Assembly (NCBI GenBank): GCA_013360215.1
Contig: JABWCP010000002.1
Coordinates: 1-64,000 of the forward strand
Reading direction: 5' to 3'
Source: a bacterium
Lineage (GTDB): Bacteria; CLD3; SB21
Length of the DNA stretch: 64,000 bases
Shown one piece after another: positions 38,175-48,912 of this stretch (its first letter is position 1; every line of letters begins with the position of its first letter). The position numbers were made by a program, and so were the translations under genes. Below the pieces are notes generated by a model. The model was not told the origin of the DNA and did not search any database. It saw only the letters and a program-made list of their open reading frames with translations.

Positions 38175-40316
38175 ATGACAAACGAATCCTACCCTGAAAA
38201 AATCGGAAGGTATCAGATACTCAGCCTTTTGGGTGAAGGGGCCATGGCTAAAGTTTTTAAAGCTGTGGATACGCGTATTGACCGTGTCGTAGCTTTGAAA
38301 ATGTTGCAATTTCGTGAAGGGATGACCGATGAAATGATCCAGCAACTCAAGGATCGTTTTGTGCACGAAGCCAAATTTGCGGGTAAACTGACTCATCCGA
38401 ATATTGTTACCATCTATGACGCCGAAGAAGAAAATGGCGTATCGTATATGGCGATGGAGTATGTGGATGGCCGGACATTGGAATCCGTCATTGAAAACAA
38501 CGAAACCCTTACGGTTGAGCAGATTCTTGATATCCTGATCCAGCTCGCGCATGGTTTAGACTATGCCCATAAACATGATATTATACATCGCGATATCAAG
38601 CCCGGCAATATCATCCTCACATCGGAAGATATTCCTAAAATCATGGATTTCGGCATTGCTAAAATCACCACGTCCAGTACGACGGTGATCGGTACGATTT
38701 TAGGAACGCCCGGATATATGTCACCGGAACAGATAACCGGCAAATCGGTAGACCATCGGACAGACATCTTCGCTTTAGGTGCCGTTTTTTACGAATTGCT
38801 TACTCGCGAAAAAGCTTTTCCGGGAAAAAATCTAACGGAGATCATGTATCGCGTGGTCAGCGAAAATCCCATGCCGCCCAGCATGGTCAACCTCAATGTA
38901 CCGGAGATCATCAATCCTATCGTCATGCGGGCAATCGCCAAAGGCCCGGGAGAGCGTTATCAATCCGGGACCGAATTTGCCAAAGCGCTAGAGGCGACCA
39001 AAAAGCAATTATCATCGGGCGGCCACCGGACGACTATTTCTAAAAGTGCACCGCCGTCTGCCGATAAAAAAACAGAAATCGTAAGATTTTTTGAAAACCG
39101 ATATGTCGGCATGGTTTCGTTTGGTTGGGCGACATTAGCTACGATTTTGTTGCTTATCACATGGTCCGGCGGATTTGAGTTTAGCCGTATGGCACGTTCT
39201 TTGAGCGAAAAAGGCCCCGCTTCATTGATCATGAATCTCAATGTACCCGATGCCGAAATTATGATTGACGGTGATCGTTATACCCCGCAAAGTTCATTGT
39301 TTCGTCTCGATAGCGTGGGGGTCGGTGAACGCCGCATTACGGTAAAGCGCGATCATTACGAGTCGTACGAAACCGCGGTGATTTTCGGAAAAGGGGAACA
39401 GAAAAACATAGAAGTTCACCTTAAACCGTTACCGGTCGAAATACCGCCGGGAAGTGATACTTCTTTTGTTACTATTCGCTCATCGCCGGATATGGTCAAA
39501 GTGGAAACAAGCTACGGTAAGTTCTTGGGATTTACGCCGATAGACAGTTTGATTTTCCCCGGAGGTCGCTATACGTTGATTTTTTCACGTGAGGATTTTA
39601 TTTCGCGTAAACGCGACATTGCGCTTGGAAAAAAACGTCTGACGTATGTGGAGCAGTCATTAGAAAAACAACGCGGTACCGTTTCACTGGATCAAGTTTT
39701 TCCGGAACAAAGTTATCTTATGGTGAATGGAAGACGAGTTCAGAAAAATTATAGAAATAATTCGTATGTCTTGCCGGTCGGAAATCAAGTATTAACAATT
39801 AAAGCCGATGGTTATGACGATTTGGTCAAAACTTTGCGCGTGGAACCGGATTCGGTGCTTGTACTGACAGATTCCCTCAAAGCGCAATGGACATCCGTGC
39901 GCTTTGAAAGTAATCCCACAGGCGCGGACGTGTACTTAGACGGATCGGAGGAGTCGGCAGGTAAAACACCGGTTATTGTAAATGATTTGCTTGCCAATTC
40001 GCATAAATTACGAGCGGTATTGCGCAATGAAAAACGATTGATGAATTTCCGCGCTGTCAAAGGCGATACGGCTACTGTGCGTGTAGTTTTTGCAAACCCG
40101 AACGGGTATCTCAATTTGGTTAGCGATCCGCCCGGTGCCGAAATATTTCTTAATACTGTACGTGACGGTGACTACAAAACGCCGGTCAAGCGCGAATTGA
40201 AACCCGGTTTTTATAAAGTACGATTGACGCACCCGTCATTTAAAAAATATCACGAAATCACGGTAAGGGTAAGGCCTGACTTTACGACCGAGCTTGTACA
40301 TAAGTTTGAACCGTGA
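38175..40316 (+). CDS. Hanks-type Ser/Thr protein kinase with one TM and multiple extracytoplasmic PEGA domains
   Basis: LGEGAMAKV, VALK, HRDIKPGN, DFGIA, GTPGYMSPEQ; TM near aa 310-330; PEGA motifs S.P.GA.V.LDG...GKTP. Confidence 0.93.
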   Translation: MTNESYPEKIGRYQILSLLGEGAMAKVFKAVDTRIDRVVALKMLQFREGMTDEMIQQLKDRFVHEAKFAGKLTHPNIVTIYDAEEENGVSYMAMEYVDGRTLESVIENNETLTVEQILDILIQLAHGLDYAHKHDIIHRDIKPGNIILTSEDIPKIMDFGIAKITTSSTTVIGTILGTPGYMSPEQITGKSVDHRTDIFALGAVFYELLTREKAFPGKNLTEIMYRVVSENPMPPSMVNLNVPEIINPIVMRAIAKGPGERYQSGTEFAKALEATKKQLSSGGHRTTISKSAPPSADKKTEIVRFFENRYVGMVSFGWATLATILLLITWSGGFEFSRMARSLSEKGPASLIMNLNVPDAEIMIDGDRYTPQSSLFRLDSVGVGERRITVKRDHYESYETAVIFGKGEQKNIEVHLKPLPVEIPPGSDTSFVTIRSSPDMVKVETSYGKFLGFTPIDSLIFPGGRYTLIFSREDFISRKRDIALGKKRLTYVEQSLEKQRGTVSLDQVFPEQSYLMVNGRRVQKNYRNNSYVLPVGNQVLTIKADGYDDLVKTLRVEPDSVLVLTDSLKAQWTSVRFESNPTGADVYLDGSEESAGKTPVIVNDLLANSHKLRAVLRNEKRLMNFRAVKGDTATVRVVFANPNGYLNLVSDPPGAEIFLNTVRDGDYKTPVKRELKPGFYKVRLTHPSFKKYHEITVRVRPDFTTELVHKFEP

Positions 40317-41185
40317 TTTCTAATAACCGATTCGTCGCTTTAGTTTGCATTCTATGGCTTATATCGGGTTTGGGATGCGAGAAAAATATCAAAATTATTC
40401 GCGACGGGTTTCGGTTGGAATACGCGATCAACAATCCCGCTCATGCCTTCCACGTACGTCTTGTTTTTGAGACCAATCCCCGCGACAGTTTGATAGGCCT
40501 GATGTATATTGCCAGAACGGCAAAAGAATCAGGCATTTTGGATTACCGTGAAGCGCATATGTTACGTCAATCCACCGGTGATACATTATTCCTGAATTCG
40601 TCTCAGTTTTCTGATTTATTAGAGTGTGTGGGTGATTTACACAATACGATAAAGCCGTCCAACGTGTATGGACAATCCGACGGGAAAATCGTTAACATCA
40701 ATCTAAGACATTCGGGAAAGAGTTATGATTGGCGGTTATTTGGTAAATCGGATCAATCTTCAGCCAAAAAGCTGACTGCTTATATAGAAATGATGTTTGA
40801 AGAGACGTATCCCGGCATTTCTTTATCGGCGGAAAACTCGCGTATTGATTTGTCACTTCGCGATCATGTAAACTCAAGAAACACAGAAACAAATTTTTCG
40901 ATCTATTCGAACAATAATATGATCCGTGTACATCAAGATAGTCTGAGTGTATACACATTGGATGTGGGAAAATATTTGTACCTTTGGCAGGTTTTGGAAG
41001 CAAACGATGTTTGGCGTCTTGATGATAATAAAGCCATGCAGGATAAGTATCCTAGCTTTTACGAATTGAAGATTCAGATGGGCAAGCGAACACACCGTTG
41101 GTCTGTTTACGCGCCGATCTATCTTGATGATCGCCGTTATCTGCGTATTGTACAAGCCATCGAGTCAACCGTGTTGAGCCGTTAA
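40313..41185 (+). CDS. Hypothetical lipoprotein, apparently two tandem similar domains
   Basis: LGC lipobox; overlaps the kinase stop codon (translational coupling); both halves end in hairpin-plus-helix patterns. Confidence 0.6.
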   Translation: MISNNRFVALVCILWLISGLGCEKNIKIIRDGFRLEYAINNPAHAFHVRLVFETNPRDSLIGLMYIARTAKESGILDYREAHMLRQSTGDTLFLNSSQFSDLLECVGDLHNTIKPSNVYGQSDGKIVNINLRHSGKSYDWRLFGKSDQSSAKKLTAYIEMMFEETYPGISLSAENSRIDLSLRDHVNSRNTETNFSIYSNNNMIRVHQDSLSVYTLDVGKYLYLWQVLEANDVWRLDDNKAMQDKYPSFYELKIQMGKRTHRWSVYAPIYLDDRRYLRIVQAIESTVLSR

Positions 41186-41195
41186 AAGGAAATAC

Positions 41196-43391
41196 ATGTT
41201 TAGTTTTTGGCTATCCAATAAACTTCGCGGGTCAATGCTAATATTACGGATCGTCGCACCCGCGATGATGGCATTTATACCTTTAACATCCGATTTGGAT
41301 TATGAATTTGCTGAGACATTAAACATTATTAATGTCATTTTCTTCGCCGTTTGGATGAGCACGGAAAGGGCACATTCCAATACTAGCTATCATTCCGGCG
41401 TCTTACGAACCGTTAATCGGTTGCTGTTGCCGATCATTTTTTTTGATTTTGTCATCATTTCGATTGCGATGATTGCCGGTCATCATTTGCATTGGTATCG
41501 TACTTTTGGTTTGTATTTTTTACTTCCCTTTGTAGGGAGTTGGATAGGTCTTACCCTTGGATATGTCTGTCGCTTTTTTATCCAAAGAAGGCCTTGGTTG
41601 GGGGTGGCGATAATCCTGTTATTCACCTTGATCCTAAATCTGATTTGGTTGCTTTTCACCGCGCCGATTTTCGTTTATAGCATTTGGTGGGGCTATTTTG
41701 CAGGTCCGATCTACGACGAATGGATTCCATTGACGGACACACTTGTATTTCATCGTTTATTCTCATTGGGGTTCGCGTTTGCCATTTTTATATCCGGTGA
41801 TTTAATCACACGAAAATTGAATAACACTATTACTTACAAGAAATTTATTTCTTTGATGGCTGCAGTATGGTTGGTCATTACGGGCCTATTTTATTGGCGC
41901 GATAACTGGGGCTGGGACACATCCTATGCGACGCTCGAACAAAAATTGAATGTGGTGTACGATGATGAACGACTTACAATTTATAGTGATACGACTTCCA
42001 AATTTGTAACACGTTATGTCAGTGCGAGAATAAAACAGGTCACGGATTGGCTTAATATCAATCCAGCTAAAGTTAAAATATTCATCTATCCCGATGCGCA
42101 AACAAAAAAAATACTCATGGGTGCCGGGGGAACAAATTTCGCCAAAGTATGGCGTAATGAGGTCCATGTCAATTCTGATGATGCTGAATTCACAATAAAA
42201 CATGAAGCGGTACACGTGCTGGCGTCTTCGTTTGGGCATCCGCTTTATAGTACTACCAAACCCGGCATGCTGGAAGGGCTTGCTGTAGCCGCGGCTTGGG
42301 ATGAATCGCAATTAACGCCGCATGAATGGTCCGCTGCGCTATACAAACTAAACAAACTGCCGGACATTACCGCCTTGATGGAACCGATGGGTTTTTGGAG
42401 CAGTTCATCCGGTTTGGCTTATACCGTTTCAGGCTCATTTGTACGATTTCTCGTAGATCAATATCCCATTCAAAATATACACCGCGTGTATGCTTCGGAA
42501 GATTTTAAAGATGTTTACGAACTGCCATTGGATACACTCCAGGAACGATGGAAGTTTTTTTTAAATACGATCGAACTTGATTCGCTTGACCTTCGCATTG
42601 CGACTACGCTATTACAGCCTTCAATATTCAGAAGACGGTGCCCGCATTATGTTGCTGATTTGCAAAAAGAATATTACACGTCAATTGAGATGAAAGAATG
42701 GGATAATGCACTTAAGCTTACAGAGCAGATTATATCAACAGGGACGTCGCCCGAACGCTGGGTATTGAGCCGTGCACGCATCCATTTTAAGCAAAAGAAA
42801 TATGATGCTGCGTTATCGAAAGTCGAAGAAGTATTAAATAAAAGCACGCTATCCTATACTATGCGAGGATGGGCTTTATTATTAAAAGCAGATATTGTAT
42901 TTTGCCAAGGTCAAAACCAAAAATCTATGGATTTGACGCATGAGATTATGACGCTCTATGACCAAACGACATCCGTATACGAAGCGGCGTTATGGTCCGA
43001 TCACTTGATGCGGCATCCGGATAACGGTACACTATACGCTTCTTGGTTGGACGCCGTTGATCAAAATAAAGCCGGCGAGTGGTATTCAGTGCATTACGAC
43101 AAAAAAGATGATGCGATTTTTTCGTATAAATTGATTTCCTATTTATATCAAACTTCGCAATATGATTCTATTTTTTCGTACATCAAAACACACCCTATGG
43201 CTATTACCGATAGCTCGGTATATCTAAAATATAATCAGTTATTGGGTGATGCCGCACAACGAATCGAGCTATGGAGCGAAGCCGAGCAATATTATCGCGC
43301 GGCGCAGCAGTACGCTAAACGAACAACTGAAAAAGTTCAGCTCAATGATCGCCTTGAATTGATCCATTACTTGAAAAATAAAATTGAATAA
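41196..43391 (+). CDS. Multi-pass membrane protein with gluzincin-type (peptidase MA-like) domain and C-terminal TPRs
   Basis: About 7 N-terminal TM segments; KHEAVHV...MLEGLAVA (HExxH plus E); AY..SGSFVRFL; TPR-like C-terminus. Confidence 0.72.
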   Translation: MFSFWLSNKLRGSMLILRIVAPAMMAFIPLTSDLDYEFAETLNIINVIFFAVWMSTERAHSNTSYHSGVLRTVNRLLLPIIFFDFVIISIAMIAGHHLHWYRTFGLYFLLPFVGSWIGLTLGYVCRFFIQRRPWLGVAIILLFTLILNLIWLLFTAPIFVYSIWWGYFAGPIYDEWIPLTDTLVFHRLFSLGFAFAIFISGDLITRKLNNTITYKKFISLMAAVWLVITGLFYWRDNWGWDTSYATLEQKLNVVYDDERLTIYSDTTSKFVTRYVSARIKQVTDWLNINPAKVKIFIYPDAQTKKILMGAGGTNFAKVWRNEVHVNSDDAEFTIKHEAVHVLASSFGHPLYSTTKPGMLEGLAVAAAWDESQLTPHEWSAALYKLNKLPDITALMEPMGFWSSSSGLAYTVSGSFVRFLVDQYPIQNIHRVYASEDFKDVYELPLDTLQERWKFFLNTIELDSLDLRIATTLLQPSIFRRRCPHYVADLQKEYYTSIEMKEWDNALKLTEQIISTGTSPERWVLSRARIHFKQKKYDAALSKVEEVLNKSTLSYTMRGWALLLKADIVFCQGQNQKSMDLTHEIMTLYDQTTSVYEAALWSDHLMRHPDNGTLYASWLDAVDQNKAGEWYSVHYDKKDDAIFSYKLISYLYQTSQYDSIFSYIKTHPMAITDSSVYLKYNQLLGDAAQRIELWSEAEQYYRAAQQYAKRTTEKVQLNDRLELIHYLKNKIE

Positions 43392-43394
43392 CGC

Positions 43395-46028
43395 ATGCAA
43401 CTTTTGATGAAATTATTTTTAACCCTGTCTTTTTTGGTTTACGGTGTTTGTATAAACACACTTAATGCAAAAGTAAAACCTCCCAAAAGCGCTGCTTCGC
43501 ATAAAGTACAATTTGTTTTTGCGGATAGCCTTACGGGATGGGCGATCGGATCCATTAAAACCGGTGGCGCATTAAAAGACAGCTTAAATCCCAAAGCACT
43601 TTTCATAACCGGTATTTTAAAAACATATGACGGGGGATTGAATTGGGAATTGCAAACCGTCCTCGGCGCTGAAGAAAACGGGTGGGAAGTGCGTGCAACG
43701 GCCAGTCTTAATAGAACGCACGTTTGGGCGATTTTAAGTAAACCCAATTCAGATCAAAATGTATTATTACGCACGACCGACGGTCGCCGCTGGACCATGC
43801 AATCATTGAAGCTTGCCGATGGCGATCCGATTCAAATTTGCTTTTCCGACCCGGTGAACGGGTTTATGATTCTGCGCGAATTTATGGGCAGTGCCATATT
43901 GCGCACGACGGATGGCGGCGCTACTTGGGCGGCATTTGAACCGGGGCTTGGATCCGATTATCGCGGCGTGGCGTTCGACGGTACATCATGGTATGTATTA
44001 GCCCAATCTCGTACTAAACCCGAAGTGGTTACAGTTTTACGCAGTGATGACAATGGTAATATTTTGATCGAAGCCGAAACTTTTAATCCTGAATCGAACG
44101 ATCATATATTAGAAGGATTCGGCATTCGTGCACACAAAAATAAAATCTCCTTAATGCTGCGCGATATTGATTCTAAAACTCGTGAGACTTCCCGGTGGAT
44201 TTGGATGCAGTCCGGAGATCGTTTTGTATCCCATACTTCACAAGCGTTTCAATATGAAAAAGAATTCAAATCGCCTTCAGATATTCAAAACTTCTCAATA
44301 GATCACTCGATTTATGTCATTGATCGCTCGGAAGAGTATGAACCGGGATTGCCGGACGCTAAAATAAGATATAATCTTATCCGTTCGGTTGACGAAGGAA
44401 AAAGTTGGATACCCATTCCCGAGTTTCGTTTCCCGGTACTAGCGCTCCAGACTGTCGGCGACGATGTGCTTATTAGCGCCAATGACGGCAATCTGTATAA
44501 GTTTAATTACATTACAGGTATTTATCAGACGGCATCCGTTGATCTGAAAAAAGCTTTTTTGAATCCGCCACAAGCCGGCACTGAAAGTGTCGCCGAGAAT
44601 GGAGAAAATATATTTGATCTCGGCCATGATGAGTTTGAAAAAGAATCGGTTTATGAAAGCAAATGGGAAAGCGCCAATGACAGTGCATTCGCTGAAAGTT
44701 TTAGTAGCGTACGGGATGCTAACAAATACAAACCGGATGCTAAAGCCGAGTTTTCTGTCGGTATTGATTCGATAACATCTATCGGCGTGGTCTTACATCG
44801 GCGCACACGTATGGGATCTAAACATCAGGCGATTAACCTGATCAACGAAGAACTTCAAAAAGGTGAAATACGCCTTCGTAAATATAAACCTATCACATTC
44901 AAAGGGACGGTTCGCAGCACGGGTACCCGTTTTCCTGTCAAATACAGTTGGAGTTCCAGTATTAGCGGCGAACTCAGCGATCAGATCGAGTTTACTACCA
45001 GTCCTCGTCAATTGCCGCCCGGTGTTCATTATGTATTTTTTAAGGCCCAGGATAATTTAGGCGCATGGTCCAATCCGGTAGTGGTAAAAGTTATCGTAGA
45101 TGATTTTCCTAAATACAAATTTCCTTTCCACGGAAATTGGGTGCTCGGTGGCGGCGGCAGTCATTATAATATCGGTCATCATATTCGTACGGTTCCGTAT
45201 GGTATTGACGTAAATAATATCGAACAAGGTTACGGCGGGGACGCTGACATCGGTTTTCCTATTCGCGCATCAACGGACGGTATTGTTTCTTTGGCCGGCT
45301 ACATCAAAGGTTATGGCCGAACCGTAAAAATAGATTATATGTACGGCGGGAAAAAATATACGACTTTAGTTTCACATCTATCGACCATCAGCGTGGAAGT
45401 CGGTGAATACGTTAAACAAGGACAAGAAGTCGGAACGGTAGGAAGCACCGGCCGATCCAGTGCGCCGCATATTCATTGGGAGTTGAGGGTGGATGGTGCC
45501 AATCTGCCACCGGAACCGATATTCGAAAACGATACGACCATTTTGCAGAAATTACCCAACGGTCTTCATGTTTCATCCGATAATATATATGAACCTGAGC
45601 ACATCGTGATCGTTCCTGAACCGGAGATACCCGGTACACAATGGGATCATCGCGGCTATCATCACGGATACCGGTATATGTGGATTACGAGAGGTAAACC
45701 GACGGTGGAAGCCGTATGGAAACCCAAACTTCCTAAGTCGGGTTCCTATAAAATCCAAGTACACATCCCCAAAAAATTTGCCGATGGCGTGGCCTTCTAT
45801 CGTGTAAGCACTAAAAACGGTATTGATACGGTTAAAGTAAATCAAAGCAAATATACTGACGAATGGATAACTTTGGGCGTGTATGAACTTGATAAAAATG
45901 ATGAAATATCGGTTATGCTTAATAATTCAACACCTCAGGGAAAAGGTTCCGTTGCATTCGACGATGTTCGATTTGTAGGTCAATGGGACACCTACAGTAA
46001 AAAAGGTTTTAATAAACCAATTCAATGA
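43395..46028 (+). CDS. Exported multidomain M23 peptidase: BNR/YCF48 propeller, Ig-like domain, M23, golvesin/Xly-CBD-like C-terminus
   Basis: Asp-box repeats (TYDGG.NW, TTDGG.TW); H...YGID, YGRTV, SHL, V..GEYVKQGQ.VG.VGSTG.SS.PHIHWE; W.P.LP..G.Y...W..LG.Y...FDDVRF. Confidence 0.82.
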   Translation: MQLLMKLFLTLSFLVYGVCINTLNAKVKPPKSAASHKVQFVFADSLTGWAIGSIKTGGALKDSLNPKALFITGILKTYDGGLNWELQTVLGAEENGWEVRATASLNRTHVWAILSKPNSDQNVLLRTTDGRRWTMQSLKLADGDPIQICFSDPVNGFMILREFMGSAILRTTDGGATWAAFEPGLGSDYRGVAFDGTSWYVLAQSRTKPEVVTVLRSDDNGNILIEAETFNPESNDHILEGFGIRAHKNKISLMLRDIDSKTRETSRWIWMQSGDRFVSHTSQAFQYEKEFKSPSDIQNFSIDHSIYVIDRSEEYEPGLPDAKIRYNLIRSVDEGKSWIPIPEFRFPVLALQTVGDDVLISANDGNLYKFNYITGIYQTASVDLKKAFLNPPQAGTESVAENGENIFDLGHDEFEKESVYESKWESANDSAFAESFSSVRDANKYKPDAKAEFSVGIDSITSIGVVLHRRTRMGSKHQAINLINEELQKGEIRLRKYKPITFKGTVRSTGTRFPVKYSWSSSISGELSDQIEFTTSPRQLPPGVHYVFFKAQDNLGAWSNPVVVKVIVDDFPKYKFPFHGNWVLGGGGSHYNIGHHIRTVPYGIDVNNIEQGYGGDADIGFPIRASTDGIVSLAGYIKGYGRTVKIDYMYGGKKYTTLVSHLSTISVEVGEYVKQGQEVGTVGSTGRSSAPHIHWELRVDGANLPPEPIFENDTTILQKLPNGLHVSSDNIYEPEHIVIVPEPEIPGTQWDHRGYHHGYRYMWITRGKPTVEAVWKPKLPKSGSYKIQVHIPKKFADGVAFYRVSTKNGIDTVKVNQSKYTDEWITLGVYELDKNDEISVMLNNSTPQGKGSVAFDDVRFVGQWDTYSKKGFNKPIQ

Positions 46029-46038
46029 AAGGCCTTTT

Positions 46039-47787
46039 GTGAAGTTTACATTTAATCGGGTGAAAACTCTGATCGTAATAAGCGCACTGAGTGTTACGTT
46101 CATCGGCGGCTGGTTTGCCGAGTCGCTTGTCGGTGATGATTATTATTACGAAGTCAAACGTTCGCTCAGGCTGTTTGGCGATGTGTACAAAAATGTCGGT
46201 GAAAAATATGTAGATGAAATATCACCCAAAGTAATCATGCGTACGGGTATTGACGCCATGCTTGAAACGCTCGATCCCTATACCATGTTTTATGAAGGTT
46301 CTGAGAGCAGTGATTTGGATGCTTTTATGAAGGGCAAATACGGCGGCATCGGCGTGACCGTCGGTATTCGACGCAATACGATCATGGTAATCACCGTGAC
46401 AGAAGGATCACCCGCATACAAAGCCGGTTTAAAACCGGGAGATCGTATCGTCGGCGTGGATGGTAAAACGACGCGTGATATACCGATACGTGATCTTTCT
46501 AATTCCGTAAAAGGCGAACCTGGGACATCATTGAAACTTGATGTTAAACGCGAAGGTCAAAGCAGCGCCTTGCAAATGACTATGATTCGTGAGATGATCG
46601 CCATAGAAAATATACCCTATTACGGCGTATTGGCCGGAGATATCGGGATTATCAAGCTTACTAAGTTCTCTAAAACATCTACATCCGATTTCACGCGTGC
46701 TTTAAAAGATTTAAGATCACAAGGCATCAAGGGGTTAATCATAGATCTGCGTGGGAATCCGGGAGGACTTCTTGATGCGGCCATTGATATTACCAATCAA
46801 TTTGTTCGTAAAGGCGAATTGATCACATACACAAAAGGTCGAATCCAAGATGCCAATCGTTCATACTATGCCAATAATGACCCTTTGATTCCACAATTGC
46901 CGGTAGCCGTCTTAGTTGACGGTAATAGCGCCAGTGCGTCGGAAATCGTGAGTGGGGCAATGCAGGATTTGGATCGCGGTATTTTAGTAGGTAGCACAAC
47001 TTTCGGTAAAGGCCTTGTGCAAACCGTATATCCATTGCAAGAGCGTGATGCGGTTCTCAAAATTACTACGGCTAAATACTATACGCCGTCCGGACGTTGT
47101 ATCCAGCGCGAACACTATGCCCATGATCGCTCAAACGCAATGCGTTTGGAATCGGAAGATGAGCCGAATGAATTTTATTACGATGTGTTTGGAGAAGAAG
47201 ATCAGGTACGGGATAGCCTGACCAATGATTCGTTGTCGTCGAAACGCCAGGAATTCAAAACTAAAACAGGACGTATCGTATATGCCGAAGGCGGCATCAC
47301 ACCGGATATCATAAAAGATGATTATAGTTTTTTGGGATATACACGAGAAATAGTACGTCGCGGGTACGTATTCGATTTTGCAACTCGTTTTTCGGCTCAA
47401 AATACCCGAATTGATACGGGATTTGTACCGGATGAAGAACTGTTAACCGAATTTTATAAATTTCTCAAAGATCATCATTTCAATTATAATTCAACCGCCG
47501 ATTCGCAGTTGACTGAATTACGCGCTTACGCCGAAAACAATGGTTATTCGGCACAGATACAGCAATCCATTCTACAACTTCAGAACAAATTTGATGAAGA
47601 AGAAGTGAAAGAGTTCGAGGCCGCTAAAACGGCGATACGAAATCTTTTGCAGCAAGAAATCATTTCCCGATATTACGGAAACCGACGCCGTTTCGAAATA
47701 ACGCTCAAGTCAGATTCGGTGGTCGAATCCGCTCGCAGCGTGCTTAAAGATGAAGTGTTGTATAAAAAGATATTAAAACAAAAATAA
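46039..47787 (+). CDS. ctpA: C-terminal processing peptidase (S41A, PDZ)
   Basis: LDPYT, GGIG PDZ motif, DLRGNPGGLL, SASASEIVSGA, TFGKGLVQ, TAKYYTPSGR, GGITPD. Confidence 0.93.
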   Translation: MKFTFNRVKTLIVISALSVTFIGGWFAESLVGDDYYYEVKRSLRLFGDVYKNVGEKYVDEISPKVIMRTGIDAMLETLDPYTMFYEGSESSDLDAFMKGKYGGIGVTVGIRRNTIMVITVTEGSPAYKAGLKPGDRIVGVDGKTTRDIPIRDLSNSVKGEPGTSLKLDVKREGQSSALQMTMIREMIAIENIPYYGVLAGDIGIIKLTKFSKTSTSDFTRALKDLRSQGIKGLIIDLRGNPGGLLDAAIDITNQFVRKGELITYTKGRIQDANRSYYANNDPLIPQLPVAVLVDGNSASASEIVSGAMQDLDRGILVGSTTFGKGLVQTVYPLQERDAVLKITTAKYYTPSGRCIQREHYAHDRSNAMRLESEDEPNEFYYDVFGEEDQVRDSLTNDSLSSKRQEFKTKTGRIVYAEGGITPDIIKDDYSFLGYTREIVRRGYVFDFATRFSAQNTRIDTGFVPDEELLTEFYKFLKDHHFNYNSTADSQLTELRAYAENNGYSAQIQQSILQLQNKFDEEEVKEFEAAKTAIRNLLQQEIISRYYGNRRRFEITLKSDSVVESARSVLKDEVLYKKILKQK

Positions 47788-47794
47788 GCATCCA

Positions 47795-48628
47795 TTGGAA
47801 ATTCTTGCATATTTAATCATTGGCTTTACAGCCGGAGCCGTCGGTTCGATGGTAGGTTTAGGCGGAGCGATCATCATGACACCGGCCTTAACGATCCTGC
47901 TGAATGTGCCGATCAAATCCGCGATCGGCGCCAGCCTTATTGCGCTGATTGCTACTTCGGTCATGTCAACGGCGGTTTATTCTAAAAAAGAATTGATTCA
48001 TTATCGTTACGGTATGCTTCTTTTGATACTCATGGTGTCCGGATCTTTTATCGGAAGCGCAATCGGCGTGATGATGGACGCCCGTTTGCTTTCTCTTTTT
48101 TTTGTAGCGTTGATGTTTTTTGCTGCAGGTTTTTTACTGTATCAGGTTTTTCAAAATGAAAACCCGGATGCCCGGGTTGAATGGCAAAACAATGAAGAAC
48201 CGCATCGTTTTCCTCCCAACGGTGTATTATTGGAAGCGCACAGCGGTATCCGCAAATTCTACCGGGTGCAGCATGGCGTCGTTATGATGTTTATTTCGGG
48301 TATTGCAGGGGTGATTTCGGGCATGTTGGGGGTCGGTGGCGGTATTATTCAGGTGCCTTTTATGCATGCGATCAATCGTATGCCCATCAAGGCGGCTACA
48401 GCAACATCAGGATTTATGATTGGTTATACAGGTATGGCCGGAGCTCTAGTCTATGTTATTTTTGGGCAATTTGAATTGATTATGACATCGGCGCTTGTTC
48501 TGGGTATTCTCACCGGATCCCAAGCCGGGGCACGTTTAGCAATTCGCCTCCATGCGCGATGGATCATATATTTAGTCATTGTTGTCTTGACCGTTGCGGC
48601 AATTCGACTCTTCATGAAAGTATTTTGA
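47795..48628 (+). CDS. TauE/SafE (TSUP) family permease
   Basis: Two G.GGG/A..P repeats (GLGGAIIMTP, GVGGGIIQVP), A.ATS; about 8 TM segments. Confidence 0.88.
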   Translation: MEILAYLIIGFTAGAVGSMVGLGGAIIMTPALTILLNVPIKSAIGASLIALIATSVMSTAVYSKKELIHYRYGMLLLILMVSGSFIGSAIGVMMDARLLSLFFVALMFFAAGFLLYQVFQNENPDARVEWQNNEEPHRFPPNGVLLEAHSGIRKFYRVQHGVVMMFISGIAGVISGMLGVGGGIIQVPFMHAINRMPIKAATATSGFMIGYTGMAGALVYVIFGQFELIMTSALVLGILTGSQAGARLAIRLHARWIIYLVIVVLTVAAIRLFMKVF

Positions 48629-48629
48629 A

Positions 48630-48902
48630 ATGCAGCAATCAGGTTTGATGTTAAAAATCGGCGGTTGGTTCAGCGCGGTTCTTTTATCCGTCGGTTTGCT
48701 GATACGGTTGAGCGGTAATTTAGCTTTATCTCATTTTGTTTTGATCAGCGGCATTGTCGTAATGTTGATCAGTCCGTTAGCCGGCATGCTGGCAATGATT
48801 GTCAAATTTTGGAAAAACGGTGAAATCCGATTTGCATATATCGGGGTACTTATATTATTCTTATTAGCCGGTGGAACTTATATCCTTCATATTCTACAGT
48901 AA
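48630..48902 (+). CDS. Small three-TM membrane protein (DUF1634-like partner of TSUP)
   Basis: Three hydrophobic helices with GI..ML.SP motif; directly after the TSUP gene. Confidence 0.6.
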   Translation: MQQSGLMLKIGGWFSAVLLSVGLLIRLSGNLALSHFVLISGIVVMLISPLAGMLAMIVKFWKNGEIRFAYIGVLILFLLAGGTYILHILQ

Positions 48903-48912
48903 AGGGGTATCT

